A stretch of DNA of 51,191 nt, taken from the NCBI GenBank assembly GCA_050013795.1, contig JBEKEO010000002.1, positions 1-51,191 of the forward strand. The letters run 5' to 3'. The translations under genes were made by a program, and so were the position numbers. A model generated the notes under the pieces. That model made no database searches and was not told where the DNA came from. It worked only from the letters and a program-made list of their open reading frames with translations. The first letter of the stretch is position 1, and the number at the start of each line of letters is the position of its first letter. The stretch is from Bacteroidales bacterium (lineage in GTDB: Bacteria > Bacteroidota > Bacteroidia > Bacteroidales > CG2-30-32-10). Below are positions 8,984 to 19,192 of the stretch, piece by piece.

Positions 8984-9820
8984 TTAAAGTATCACCACAT
9001 ATATCCATCCATCCCATATATAAGGGTCGGGGGAAGTATAGCTGAAAATGGGATGATTTTTCTTGCTTACAGGTAATTTAGTTGCTTTCTTAAGTTTTAC
9101 AGGCGTAATCACTATCGGAATTTTAGAATGCCTGACGGGTATTATGCCTGCATGGTTAATAGCCAATATGGTTCCGCTGGGAAGGTCGTTAATTTCAATA
9201 GTGCATTCCAATGAAACATAATCCACGCAGTTTGCTTTTAAAGGGATCATTCCTTTAGATGTAACTATGGCACAACGGAACAAATGCCCTTCCATACCTT
9301 TTACAGCTTTCCTGGCATGCACCTTTATCCATCCGGGACCTGCATCAGTTACCGCAAAATCGGGCTGCGTACTGGTTGATTTCTTGGCTAACCTGCCACC
9401 GCAACCGATTGCCAGAGTAACCCCGTCATTAACATTACCGCTGGCCTCTGCGACATCATTCACAGCGCCCTTCATAAACCTGATGACCTTGTTATACAGG
9501 TCAACTGTTATTCTTTTCTGTGATTTCACCTGGCTGGTGGTGTAGGTTTGCGGCCTCAGCTTCGAGCCGGTAAGCATGGTTAACAGCAAATTTGCGGCAT
9601 TATGCACCATCACATCGGTGGTGGTACAACCGCTCATGGCAGCAACACCGGTAGTTTTCAGGGTCAATCCTTCGTTTATCACTATTTCATCAGGATCGCT
9701 GTACTTAAGTTCAAGAATGTTGATCTTGGGAAGATTTTTAATTACTGACAGCATGATAAATGTCATTACAAATCTCTGTTCATAACAGAGTGGTTCTGGT
9801 TTTAAAATTTTTGTTTTCAT
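8984..9820 (-). CDS. Hypothetical cytoplasmic protein, predicted helical N-domain plus FN3-like C-domain
   Basis: 278-aa ORF with no signal peptide; amphipathic helical first half, then GPGWIKV..IEINDLPSG..WDGWIYVVIL resembling Bacteroidota FN3-containing hypotheticals. Confidence 0.6.
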   Translation of the reverse strand: MKTKILKPEPLCYEQRFVMTFIMLSVIKNLPKINILELKYSDPDEIVINEGLTLKTTGVAAMSGCTTTDVMVHNAANLLLTMLTGSKLRPQTYTTSQVKSQKRITVDLYNKVIRFMKGAVNDVAEASGNVNDGVTLAIGCGGRLAKKSTSTQPDFAVTDAGPGWIKVHARKAVKGMEGHLFRCAIVTSKGMIPLKANCVDYVSLECTIEINDLPSGTILAINHAGIIPVRHSKIPIVITPVKLKKATKLPVSKKNHPIFSYTSPDPYIWDGWIYVVIL

Positions 9821-9861
9821 AATGTATAACTTTTTTGAGTTTTATGGAATTATTTCCATAA

Positions 9862-9931
9862 CAAAGATACAACAATGAATATGCTGAATTCCACTGGATT
9901 TCACCTGCCGTTAACGGATTTCACCTGCCGT
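9862..9931 (-). promoter_or_regulatory. Promoter (-7 TATCTTTG) with upstream 16-bp direct repeat GGATTTCACCTGCCGT x2
   Basis: Perfect repeats at 9896-9911 and 9916-9931 (20-bp period); -7 element at 9862-9869. Confidence 0.7.
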
Positions 9932-9953
9932 AGGTTTTTGTCGACGAATGGAA

Positions 9954-10328
9954 TTATTCTTCGGGAACATGAACCTGTTTAAGTATGTTTATAATTTCAT
10001 CTTTACGGTCGCGGGCAAAGGGAATTTCTTCATCATGAGACAGAATAAGCGTGCATTTGCCACGACAGATCTTTTTTACACAATAGATATTCACGATATA
10101 GGATTTGTGTACACGCAAAAAAAACTCAGGATTTAATTCTTGCTCTATAATATGCAGACGATAAGAAACAGCTTCCTGTTCGTAGCCGATGAAATTAACA
10201 ATTGTATAGCTGCGTGATGCCTTGCAGTATTCAATGCTGTACTTATGCTTGATGAAAAAAGCATACTTAAATCGCAAAGGACCTTTGCCCTTCTCTTCTC
10301 CCGACGCATATGTTAACTCAAAAGACAT
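9954..10328 (-). CDS. Stand-alone LytTR DNA-binding domain protein
   Basis: IEYCKASRSYT..FFLRVHKSYIVNI..IPFARDRK LytTR signature; no receiver domain. Confidence 0.88.
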   Translation of the reverse strand: MSFELTYASGEEKGKGPLRFKYAFFIKHKYSIEYCKASRSYTIVNFIGYEQEAVSYRLHIIEQELNPEFFLRVHKSYIVNIYCVKKICRGKCTLILSHDEEIPFARDRKDEIINILKQVHVPEE

Positions 10329-10679
10329 CTTACACTTGCTTTAGCCGTTTCAAGTGGGTTGGTTTATTTCCGACTTGTGCTAAAAAAGTAAAGATGCTAC
10401 ATAGAATTCTTTTTAGTGGATACTTATTGACACACAAAGATACAACATTTATTTGCAAAAGTCAAGAAATTTGATAAATATTTTTATTATAATTGGAAAG
10501 GCGGCAAAATGTTTGCAAAAACGATGTGATTATGGGAAATAAAATTTGTCGGAAATGTAATAGGGTCATGTTTTTCCGACTTGCTTTCTGCCTGCTCTTT
10601 GCATGTTTTCTGAATTTATCAAAGAAAATGGTACGTAATGATTATGTGGGAATAGAAATATTGTTTTTAAGAAATAAAT

Positions 10680-10747
10680 CAGGTGTTTCACCTGTCGTTT
10701 TCAGGCGTTTCCCTGTTGTTTGCAGCCCCCTGCAAGAGGTAACTTTG
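10680..10747 (+). promoter_or_regulatory. Palindromic operator CAGGTGtttCACCTG, a degenerate second copy, and -7 TAACTTTG
   Basis: Palindrome 10680-10694; CAGGCGTTTCCCTG at 10702-10715; TAACTTTG at 10740-10747. Confidence 0.6.
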
Positions 10748-10798
10748 TTACGGAAACAATACGAAAAAGAAATCAAAACAATTCAAAATCTTATAGCC

Positions 10799-11926
10799 AT
10801 GAAAACAACAGATAAAATAAAAATTCTTCCGCTCTTTGCACTTGTGCTGCTGCCTTTTTCTAATATATTTTCTCAATCTTCACCGGGATCTGATGGCACA
10901 GTTTTTACAACTGTTGCACTGGCAGGGAGTTCGGCATCATGGAATAATCCGGCAAACGCAGCTACCGAAAACGGAATTTATTCCAGTACCGACAATATTG
11001 CTTCGAACGGAGATTATTCTGATTATTTGGTTGCCACAGGTTTCACATTCAACATTCCTGATAATGCAAGGATCACAGGTATTGAAGTTACTTTCTATAA
11101 AAATTCCGATAATTTGCCACATACCCACGACCATTCTGTAAGAATTATTAAGGGAGGAACAATAGGAGGTGATGAAAAAGCTTTTTCTTCTTCATGGGAG
11201 AAACAAGGCAATCCGGTTGTTTATGGAGGAAACAACGACCTGTGGGGCGAAACATGGACTCCTGCCGATATTAATTCGGATAATTTTGGTATTGCCTTAT
11301 CTGCTGAAAGGCAGGGAAACGGAGGAGGTTCGATGAGTGCAGAAATCGACTATATTAAAATAAATATTATTTATGATTTCGGGCTGCCAATTGAACTGTT
11401 AAGTTTCAATGCACTTCCTTCAAATGGTTCGGTATTACTCAAATGGGTTACTGCTTCCGAAACCAACAACGATTATTTTACTATTGAGAGATCGGCAAAC
11501 GGAATGGATTTCAGCACTGCCGGAACTGTTGCCGGAGCCGGTAATTCAAACAATTTAAAGGAATACAGTTTTACTGATGAAAATCCTTTCAGTACAATCT
11601 ATTACAGGCTGAAACAAACCGATTTCAATGGTGCTTTTACATATTCGGATATTATACTTGTCACCACATCCGGAAACAAAACGGCAGGTGTCGGAGTAAA
11701 TGCAACCGACGGGATATTGCATGTTACGGTTAATAATGCCGTTGCCGGTCCTCTGCAGGTAAACATATTTAATACTGCCGGCGCCCTTGTTTACGGCACC
11801 GAAACTCATATTGGCAGCGGCAGCAGCACGGTTGACCTTTCTACTTCATTGCCGGTAAGCATTTATATTGTAAAGGTCAGCATGAACAATATGCAACCTG
11901 TAACCACCAAAGTTTTTATGAATTGA
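10799..11926 (+). CDS. Secreted protein with T9SS type A CTD
   Basis: True start probably ATG 10799 (MKTTDKIKILPLFALV signal peptide, downstream of promoter); LPIELLSF..WVTASETNNDYFTIERS..YYRLKQTDFNG motif; CTD. Confidence 0.85.
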   Translation: MKTTDKIKILPLFALVLLPFSNIFSQSSPGSDGTVFTTVALAGSSASWNNPANAATENGIYSSTDNIASNGDYSDYLVATGFTFNIPDNARITGIEVTFYKNSDNLPHTHDHSVRIIKGGTIGGDEKAFSSSWEKQGNPVVYGGNNDLWGETWTPADINSDNFGIALSAERQGNGGGSMSAEIDYIKINIIYDFGLPIELLSFNALPSNGSVLLKWVTASETNNDYFTIERSANGMDFSTAGTVAGAGNSNNLKEYSFTDENPFSTIYYRLKQTDFNGAFTYSDIILVTTSGNKTAGVGVNATDGILHVTVNNAVAGPLQVNIFNTAGALVYGTETHIGSGSSTVDLSTSLPVSIYIVKVSMNNMQPVTTKVFMN

Positions 11927-12013
11927 TGTAAGATTTTTTTACAGAACATTTTTACTGCCAAACCTTTATTATTTATGTTCTAAAATTTGTTTAATTTGCA
12001 GTGAATTTTATTT

Positions 12014-13867
12014 ATGCTGCAAGCTAACAGTATGATGAACATATACAGATCAGTTGAAAAAATACTTCTGCTTTCCCTGCTTGTTTTTATTCATTATTTT
12101 GCTGTTTCCCAAAACACTAAGGCTATTGATAGCCTCAGCAGAAAATTAAAATCAGCTGAAAGCGATACTGTTAAAATAAGGCTTTATCTCCGGCTGGGAG
12201 ATGAATATCAAACTGCGCTTCCCGATACTGCTATCCGGTATTATGATAATGCCCTTGCTTTAGCCCGGCAGGATAGTTGTAAAAGTTATATTGCTTCGGC
12301 GTTTAATAAAATAGGCAAGGTTCAGTATCATAAAGGCGATTATGATAAAGCTACAGAAGCGTATCTGGACGCTTTAAATATCTATGAAAAAATAAATGAT
12401 CCGAAAGGAGTGGCTTCCTGTAATAAAGATATCGGGGATCTGTATTACGAGCAAAATGCATTCGAAAAAGCAAAAGATTATTTTTTAAGATCGTTGAAAA
12501 TTTATAATTCCATCGGCGATAAAATGGATGTGGCGGCATGCTTCAATAACATCGGAATGGTACTTGAAGGACAGGCAGATTATAACAAGGCGATCATCAA
12601 TTATTCCAGTTCTCTGGAAATCCGCAGTAAGCTTGGCGACAAGCTGGGCATGTCAAAATGTTATAACAATTTAGGTAATGCATATTCATGGTTGAAGAAC
12701 TATAATAAGGCACTGGAGTATTATTCAAAATCGCTGAAAATTAAAGAAGAGCTTAACGATCCAAATGGAATAGCCACCGTGCTGGTCAATATTTCCGATA
12801 TGGATGTGCTTATAGGTAAGTATGCCGACGCAATAAATTGTTCCAATAAAAGCCTTGATATTGCAAAATCAATCAAATCACTGATGCTGCAAAGGGATAA
12901 TTACGAGAACCTGTCCGACGCATACAATAAGCTTCACGATTATGAGAGTGCATTTAAATATCATGTGTTTTTCAAACAGGCTTACGACAGTATTTTCAAT
13001 AAGGAAAGCAATGATAAGATAGCCGATATGCAGGTGAAATATGAAACCGAGAAAAAGCAAAGGGATATTGAAAAACTGCAAAACGAAAAGGAAAGCCAGG
13101 ATCTGAAATTAAAGCAAAGCAGGATAGTTATCACTTCGGTTGCTGTTGGCGGCATACTGCTGCTTATCATTGCATTATCCATGCTGAATGGGTACAGGCA
13201 GAGGCAGTCGAAAAGAAAGATACTGACCACTGTTGTCGAAACAGAAGAGAAGGAAAGGAAGCGCTTTGCCGAGGATCTTCATGACGGGCTTGGACCTTTG
13301 CTTTCAAGCGTAAGCCTGTATGTGAATGAGCTGCAGTCGGAAAAACACGGGCCGGATAAGAAAAAGGAATTCTTTAAAACCGCCAATGATCTTATTGACG
13401 AATCAATAAAGAATACCCGCATGATAGCCAATAACCTGATGCCTGGTGTATTGAATGATTACGGGCTGATCAATGCGCTGGAAACATTCTGCGGCAAGTT
13501 AAAAAAGACAGGGGCCATTGAAGTTACCGTTCATTCGGATCTGAAAGACAAACGCTATAATGCCGTGGTAGAAATTACATTATACCGCGTTATCCTTGAA
13601 ATGATAAATAACACTTTAAAACATGCTGTCGCGAACGCTATAGATATTGAAATTCATGAAAAGGATAAATTCATAAACATCTCTTACAGTGATAACGGTA
13701 AAGGTTTTGATGTGGAAAAAACAATGAATGATCCGCAAAAAGGACTGGGATTAAACAATATTGTCAACCGCATAAAAACTATCGGGGGAAAGTGTGTTTT
13801 CCAGAGTGCGTTAGATAAAGGGACTCAGGTTAATATCGAAGTCAATTATAAAAAGTTCATGGTTTAA
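12014..13867 (+). CDS. TPR-repeat sensor histidine kinase (HisKA_3 type)
   Basis: TPR repeats, TM helix, ERKRFAEDLHDGLG H-box, NTLKHA N-box, DNGKGF, GLGL. Confidence 0.93.
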   Translation: MLQANSMMNIYRSVEKILLLSLLVFIHYFAVSQNTKAIDSLSRKLKSAESDTVKIRLYLRLGDEYQTALPDTAIRYYDNALALARQDSCKSYIASAFNKIGKVQYHKGDYDKATEAYLDALNIYEKINDPKGVASCNKDIGDLYYEQNAFEKAKDYFLRSLKIYNSIGDKMDVAACFNNIGMVLEGQADYNKAIINYSSSLEIRSKLGDKLGMSKCYNNLGNAYSWLKNYNKALEYYSKSLKIKEELNDPNGIATVLVNISDMDVLIGKYADAINCSNKSLDIAKSIKSLMLQRDNYENLSDAYNKLHDYESAFKYHVFFKQAYDSIFNKESNDKIADMQVKYETEKKQRDIEKLQNEKESQDLKLKQSRIVITSVAVGGILLLIIALSMLNGYRQRQSKRKILTTVVETEEKERKRFAEDLHDGLGPLLSSVSLYVNELQSEKHGPDKKKEFFKTANDLIDESIKNTRMIANNLMPGVLNDYGLINALETFCGKLKKTGAIEVTVHSDLKDKRYNAVVEITLYRVILEMINNTLKHAVANAIDIEIHEKDKFINISYSDNGKGFDVEKTMNDPQKGLGLNNIVNRIKTIGGKCVFQSALDKGTQVNIEVNYKKFMV

Positions 13868-13894
13868 ATGTATTTTTGTATAAACGGATAGTAT

Positions 13895-14530
13895 ATGAAC
13901 AGGAAATCAAGGATATTTATAGTGGATGATCATGAGATATTCAGAAAAGGATTTTCAATGGTCATTAGCACGTTTGAGAATATTGAACTCTGCGGCGAAG
14001 CTTCTAACGGGAAAGAATTCATTGATGTTATAGACAAGATAGATGCCGATCTTGTCTTTATGGATATCAAAATGCCTGTAATGAACGGCATTGATGCCAC
14101 TAAGGCTGCGCTTGAAATAAAACCGGATTTAAGAATAGTGGCCTTATCCATGTTCGGAGAGGAGAAATATCTTCAAAGCATGATAGAAGCAGGAGTTGCA
14201 GGCTTTCTTTTAAAGAATGTAAAACGCGAAGAACTGGAAATGGCTACTAAATTTATCCTGGAAGGGAAGAACTACTATTCAGAGGAATTGTTATCCTATT
14301 TCACCAAAAAGTATATCAGCAATAAACCCGATGCCGATATTTCAAAACGCGAACTCGAGGTATTGCAGTTAATAGCAAAAGGATTTACCAATCAGGAGAT
14401 TTCGGATAAGCTATTTATTAGTCTGAGGACAGTTGAAGGGCACAAGACCAATCTTATACAAAAGACCGGCTCGAAGAATATTGTCAATCTTCTTATTTAT
14501 GCCATGAAAAATAATCTTATTGAGCTTTAA
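13895..14530 (+). CDS. NarL/FixJ family response regulator
   Basis: VDDHEIFR, MDIKMP receiver; ISKRELEVL..GFTNQEISDKLFISLRTVEGH LuxR HTH. Confidence 0.95.
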   Translation: MNRKSRIFIVDDHEIFRKGFSMVISTFENIELCGEASNGKEFIDVIDKIDADLVFMDIKMPVMNGIDATKAALEIKPDLRIVALSMFGEEKYLQSMIEAGVAGFLLKNVKREELEMATKFILEGKNYYSEELLSYFTKKYISNKPDADISKRELEVLQLIAKGFTNQEISDKLFISLRTVEGHKTNLIQKTGSKNIVNLLIYAMKNNLIEL

Positions 14531-14555
14531 TAAATTGGCTCCATCCGGAATAAAG

Positions 14556-14597
14556 AAAAGCCGTAAGCATCATAAAAAGGGTACTTGCGGCTTTTTT
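14556..14597. terminator. Bidirectional terminator between response regulator and tRNA-Cys
   Basis: AAAAGCCGTAAG..CTTGCGGCTTTTTT between convergent genes. Confidence 0.65.
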
Positions 14598-14601
14598 GTT
14601 G

Positions 14602-14672
14602 AGGTCTCTTCCGGATTCGAACCGGAGTGAACGGTTTTGCAGACCGGCGCCTAGCCACTCGGCCAAGAGACC
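14602..14672 (-). tRNA. tRNA-Cys (GCA)
   Basis: GGTCTCTTGGCCGAGTGGCTAGGCGCCGGTCTGCAAAACCGTTCACTCCGGTTCGAATCCGGAAGAGACCT; anticodon GCA, U73 discriminator. Confidence 0.96.
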
Positions 14673-14748
14673 TTTTTATTAAGGATGCAAAGGTAAAAAA
14701 AATATCTAATCTGTCAATCTGTCGTTGAATTTTCAATAAGCAGGAATA

Positions 14749-15096
14749 TTATGGAAGCGTAATGCTTACTTTATCCACTCTTCCTTTTAGCGGAGGATTC
14801 ATTTTCGAAACAGTGACTTTGGAGTTTGTAATAGTTGGAAATTGCTTGTGCAATGCCCTGAGGATCCTTCTTGCAACATGTTCTAACAGCTTGGATTTAA
14901 CATCCATTTCGGCTTTTACCACATCATATACATGCTGGTAATTAACAGTGCTGTTGAGGTCATCCGTTCTTTCAGCCTTTTCAGTGTCTGTTGAAAACTC
15001 AAGATCAACGATGAATTTATTCCCAATGATCTGCTCTTCGGCAAAGCAGCCGTGATAAGCAAAGAACTCCATTCCGGTTAAAGTGATTATTCCCAT
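14749..15096 (-). CDS. folB: Dihydroneopterin aldolase
   Basis: FFAYHGCFAEE..DDLNSTVNY..LLEHVA..KMNPP. Confidence 0.95.
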   Translation of the reverse strand: MGIITLTGMEFFAYHGCFAEEQIIGNKFIVDLEFSTDTEKAERTDDLNSTVNYQHVYDVVKAEMDVKSKLLEHVARRILRALHKQFPTITNSKVTVSKMNPPLKGRVDKVSITLP

Positions 15097-15221
15097 GGGA
15101 TTGAATTTGAAAGGACGAAATTAAAGAATATCATTTAACCGGCATCGAATTTAATAAATCATCTTACTTTTGTACGCAAAGCAATAATACTATTTAGAGA
15201 TATAAAATATAGTTTTATTTT

Positions 15222-15308
15222 GACTCATCCCTAAATCCCTTCTCTACTTGTAGAGAAGGGACTTATAGTCTCCCCTCTTTGCTTGCAGAGAGGGGTAGGG
15301 GGTGAGTC
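15222..15308. repeat. REP-like multi-hairpin element upstream of glnS
   Basis: Outer stem GACTCATCCC/GGGGTGAGTC enclosing TCCCTTCTCTAC-tt-GTAGAGAAGGGA and CCCCTCTTTGC-tt-GCAGAGAGGGG. Confidence 0.75.
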
Positions 15309-15336
15309 AGAAAAATGAGAAAAGAAAATAAGAAGA

Positions 15337-17016
15337 ATGGAAACTAAACCCGAAAAATCACTGAATTTTATTCACGAGATCATTGAAGAGGATAATAAAA
15401 CAAGCAAATACGAAAAACGCGTGCATACCCGTTTTCCGCCTGAGCCCAATGGGTATCTGCATATAGGACATGCAAAATCCATCTGTCTCAATTTCGGCAC
15501 TGCAAAAAAATACAACGGTCACTGCAACCTTCGTTTTGATGATACCAATCCTGTAAAGGAAGATGTGGAATATGTGGATTCCATTAAGGAAGATGTCCGC
15601 TGGTTGGGTTTCGACTGGGAAGACAGGGAGTTTTATGCTTCCGATTATTTTGAAACACTGTATGAATATGCTGAATTGCTTATCAAGAAAGGTAAAGCAT
15701 ACGTTTGCGACCTTCCTGTGGAAGAGATAGGCAAATACCGCGGCACCGTTACTCATCCCGGAAAAGAAAGTCCATACAGGAACCGTACTGTTGATGAAAA
15801 CCTAGGACTTTTCCGCTCTATGCGTAAAGGTGAATTTCCTGACGGGGCCAAGGTGTTGAGGGCGAAGATAGATATGGCACATCCCAATATGTTGATGCGC
15901 GACCCAATCTTATACCGCATACTTCATTCCGAGCATCATCGTACAGGAAACAAATGGTGCATCTATCCCATGTATGATTTTGCTCATGGGCAGTGCGATT
16001 CTATTGAGAAAATAACTCATTCCATCTGTACGCTTGAATTCGAAGTACATCGTCCATTATATGAATGGTTCATCAAAGAATTAGGTATCTATGCTCCGCA
16101 GCAAATTGAATTTGCCAGGCTCAACCTTACCTATACCGTTATGAGCAAGCGCAAACTGCTGGAACTGGTGCAAGGCAATTTTGTAAATGGCTGGGATGAC
16201 CCGCGCATGCCTACTATATGCGGTTTGCGCAGGAAAGGATATACTCCTGAATCCATCCGGAATTTTGCCGATATTATTGGTGTGGCCAAAAGGGATAATG
16301 TTATCGATATTGCTTTGCTGGAACACTGCATACGCGAAGACCTGAACAAACGCTCATTGCGCAGACTGGCTGTTGTAAACCCCTTGAAACTGGTCATAGA
16401 TAATTACCCTGATGAAATGACAGAAGAACTGGATGCTGTGAATAATCCTGAAGATGCAAGTACGGGAATGCGTAAGATGCCATTTTCCAAGGAACTTTAT
16501 ATAGAACAGGAAGATTTTATGGAAAATCCTCCCGCCAAGTTTTTCCGTTTAACGCTTGGCAATGAGGTAAGGCTGAAATATGCATATATCATTAAATCCA
16601 CAGGACTAGTGAAGGATGAAATGACCGGTGAAATAAAAGAAGTTCACTGCACGTATGATGCGGAAACCAAAAGCGGAATGTCGCAGAGCAACCGCAAGGT
16701 AAAAGGAACCATTCACTGGGTTTCTGCCAAACATGCTGTTGAGGGGGAAGCCCGTTTATATGAACAGTTGTTTTCAAAGGAAAACCCCGAAGATGTTAAT
16801 GAAGGCGAAGACTTTAAAGCCAGTCTTAATTCCAGTTCATTGCTGGTGAAGAAATGTTATGTCGAACCTTCGCTGGCAGAGGCTAAGGCGGGAGATAAAT
16901 ATCAGTTTGAGCGTTTGGGATATTTTTGCGTTGATCCGGACGCAGCTAAAGGGATGCTTGTTTTTAACAGGACCGTTACATTAAAAGATTCCTGGACAAA
17001 AGCTGTAAAGAATTAA
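15337..17016 (+). CDS. glnS: Glutamine--tRNA ligase
   Basis: [39 protein letters not shown]. Confidence 0.97.
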   Translation: METKPEKSLNFIHEIIEEDNKTSKYEKRVHTRFPPEPNGYLHIGHAKSICLNFGTAKKYNGHCNLRFDDTNPVKEDVEYVDSIKEDVRWLGFDWEDREFYASDYFETLYEYAELLIKKGKAYVCDLPVEEIGKYRGTVTHPGKESPYRNRTVDENLGLFRSMRKGEFPDGAKVLRAKIDMAHPNMLMRDPILYRILHSEHHRTGNKWCIYPMYDFAHGQCDSIEKITHSICTLEFEVHRPLYEWFIKELGIYAPQQIEFARLNLTYTVMSKRKLLELVQGNFVNGWDDPRMPTICGLRRKGYTPESIRNFADIIGVAKRDNVIDIALLEHCIREDLNKRSLRRLAVVNPLKLVIDNYPDEMTEELDAVNNPEDASTGMRKMPFSKELYIEQEDFMENPPAKFFRLTLGNEVRLKYAYIIKSTGLVKDEMTGEIKEVHCTYDAETKSGMSQSNRKVKGTIHWVSAKHAVEGEARLYEQLFSKENPEDVNEGEDFKASLNSSSLLVKKCYVEPSLAEAKAGDKYQFERLGYFCVDPDAAKGMLVFNRTVTLKDSWTKAVKN

Positions 17017-17029
17017 GAAGGACTGTTTC

Positions 17030-17593
17030 TTAATATTTATTTATTTCTTCTTCAAGCTCTTTATACCACCCTTTTCCGTATTTCCGAATCAGGGGTTCTT
17101 TTAAAAATTTATAAACGGGAACATCTAGTTTTTTACCATGCTCGCATGCCGACTGGCATACATCCCAGTCGTGATAGTTCAACGCGTCCACATCTTTAAA
17201 TGAGGTGATGCGTATGGGATAAAGATGGCAGGAAATGGGTTTTCTGAAATTTATTCTTCCTTCATTATGTGCTTTTTCAATGGCACATTTGGCGATCTCC
17301 CCATCGAAATAAACAAAGGCGCAATATTTTTCTTCCCTTACAATAGGCGTCAGATAATCATTATCGGCATCGAGTTCAAAAAAGCCATGTTTACTGATGG
17401 TTTTAATTCCCTGTTCGGTAAGATATTCTTTATAATGGGGATAGTGTTCTTCTAAAAGGATTGCTTCTGCCTCTTCCAGTGGGGCTCCCGCATCGCCAGC
17501 CACACAGCATTCGCCTTTGCAGCGGGAAAGATCACAGACAAATTTTCTTTCTGCAATGAGTTCGGATATCAATGTATTTTCCACCACGATCAT
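17030..17593 (-). CDS. DUF3109 family protein
   Basis: FVCDLSRCKGECCVAGDAGAPL..KPISCHLYPIR..FLKEPLIRKYG. Confidence 0.88.
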   Translation of the reverse strand: MIVVENTLISELIAERKFVCDLSRCKGECCVAGDAGAPLEEAEAILLEEHYPHYKEYLTEQGIKTISKHGFFELDADNDYLTPIVREEKYCAFVYFDGEIAKCAIEKAHNEGRINFRKPISCHLYPIRITSFKDVDALNYHDWDVCQSACEHGKKLDVPVYKFLKEPLIRKYGKGWYKELEEEINKY

Positions 17594-17657
17594 ACTGCAA
17601 AAATAATTGTTTATTTAAAAGACTTCCCAAGTCTCGGGACTTTTTTACTTTTGCATC

Positions 17658-19187
17658 ATGGCAAATATGGAAGATATTTTCAAAAAAGTGATTTCCCATG
17701 CTAAAGAGTATGGGTTTGTATTTCCTTCAAGTGAAATATACGACGGCCTTAGTGCTGTTTATGATTATGGCCAGTACGGCTCGGAATTGAAAAAGAATAT
17801 CCGCGATTACTGGTGGAAATCGATGGTGCAGTTCAACGAAAATATCGTGGGCATCGATGCGGCAATATTCATGCATCCCACAGTATGGAAGGCTTCTGGC
17901 CATGTGGATGCTTTTAACGATCCCTTGATCGATAATAAAGATTCAAAGAAACGTTACCGCGCCGATGTACTTGTAGAAGAGTACATGGCTAAGATTGAAG
18001 ATAAAATCAATAAAGAAGTTGAAAAGGCTTCAAAACGTTTTGGTGTTGCATTCAACAAAGAGCAGTTTGTTACCACAAATCCAAGGGTTCTGGAGTATAA
18101 AACAAAAATAGAAACCATTAGCAAAAGATTGTATTCCTCGCTTGAAAAGAATGACCTTGCTGATGTGAAGAAACTTATTGAAGAACTGGAAATTGTTTGC
18201 CCTATTTCCGGTTCACGCAACTGGACCGAAGTTCGCCAGTTCAACCTGATGTTTGCCACTCAGATGGGATCGACAGCCGAAGGCGCCGATACCATTTACC
18301 TTCGGCCGGAAACCGCACAGGGGATTTTTGTAAATTTCTCGAATGTGATGAAAACCGGAAGGATGAAGATACCTTTTGGCATCGCACAGACAGGTAAAGC
18401 ATTCCGGAATGAGATCGTGGCACGTCAGTTTATTTTCCGCATGCGCGAATTCGAGCAAATGGAAATGCAGTTCTTTGTAAAGCCGGGAGAAGAAATGGAA
18501 TGGTATAAACATTGGAAAGAAGAGCGGATGAATTGGCATCTTTCCCTTGGAATACCAAGAGAAAAATATCGTTTCCATGATCATGAAAAGTTAGCGCATT
18601 ATGCAAATGCCGCTGCCGATATAGAGTTTGAATTTCCTTTCGGATTTAAAGAACTGGAAGGAATTCATTCTCGCACTGATTTCGACTTAAGTGCTCATAT
18701 GAAATTTTCAGGAAAGAAACTTCAGTACTTCGATCCCGAAACAAATGAAAGTTATATTCCTTATGTTGTTGAAACATCCGTTGGATTAGATCGTACTTTT
18801 CTAGCCATTCTTAGTTATGCTTATACTGAAGAAAAACTTGAAGACGGTTCTGAAAGAGTGGTATTAAAGATTCCACCTATGCTTGCTCCGATTAAAATTG
18901 CTGTCTTGCCACTTGTAAAGAAAGATGGATTGTCGGAAAAGGCGAGGGAGATCATGGATGGATTAAAGATAAATCATATGTGCCAGTATGATGAGAAGGA
19001 TGCCATTGGACGCCGTTACCGCAGGCAGGATGCTATTGGAACACCTTATTGTATCACCATTGATTATGATACTATGAAAGACAATACCGTTACTATACGT
19101 GAACGCGATTCCATGCAGCAGGAAAGGATCTCAATTGAAAATATTTCTAAGATAGTAGATGAAAAATTAGTACCCTTTACTTCATAA
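17658..19187 (+). CDS. glyQS: Glycine--tRNA ligase (alpha2 type)
   Basis: YLRPETAQGIF, FRNEI..FIFRMREFEQME, IGRRYRRQDAIGTP. Confidence 0.97.
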   Translation: MANMEDIFKKVISHAKEYGFVFPSSEIYDGLSAVYDYGQYGSELKKNIRDYWWKSMVQFNENIVGIDAAIFMHPTVWKASGHVDAFNDPLIDNKDSKKRYRADVLVEEYMAKIEDKINKEVEKASKRFGVAFNKEQFVTTNPRVLEYKTKIETISKRLYSSLEKNDLADVKKLIEELEIVCPISGSRNWTEVRQFNLMFATQMGSTAEGADTIYLRPETAQGIFVNFSNVMKTGRMKIPFGIAQTGKAFRNEIVARQFIFRMREFEQMEMQFFVKPGEEMEWYKHWKEERMNWHLSLGIPREKYRFHDHEKLAHYANAAADIEFEFPFGFKELEGIHSRTDFDLSAHMKFSGKKLQYFDPETNESYIPYVVETSVGLDRTFLAILSYAYTEEKLEDGSERVVLKIPPMLAPIKIAVLPLVKKDGLSEKAREIMDGLKINHMCQYDEKDAIGRRYRRQDAIGTPYCITIDYDTMKDNTVTIRERDSMQQERISIENISKIVDEKLVPFTS

Positions 19188-19192
19188 GAGTA

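Noticed and set aside
10493-10798. N-terminal 102-aa extension of the T9SS protein given in the ORF track
   Set aside because: TTG start spans the promoter/operator region; the signal peptide begins at ATG 10799.
14527-14736. 69-aa ORF
   Set aside because: Overlaps tRNA-Cys; spurious.
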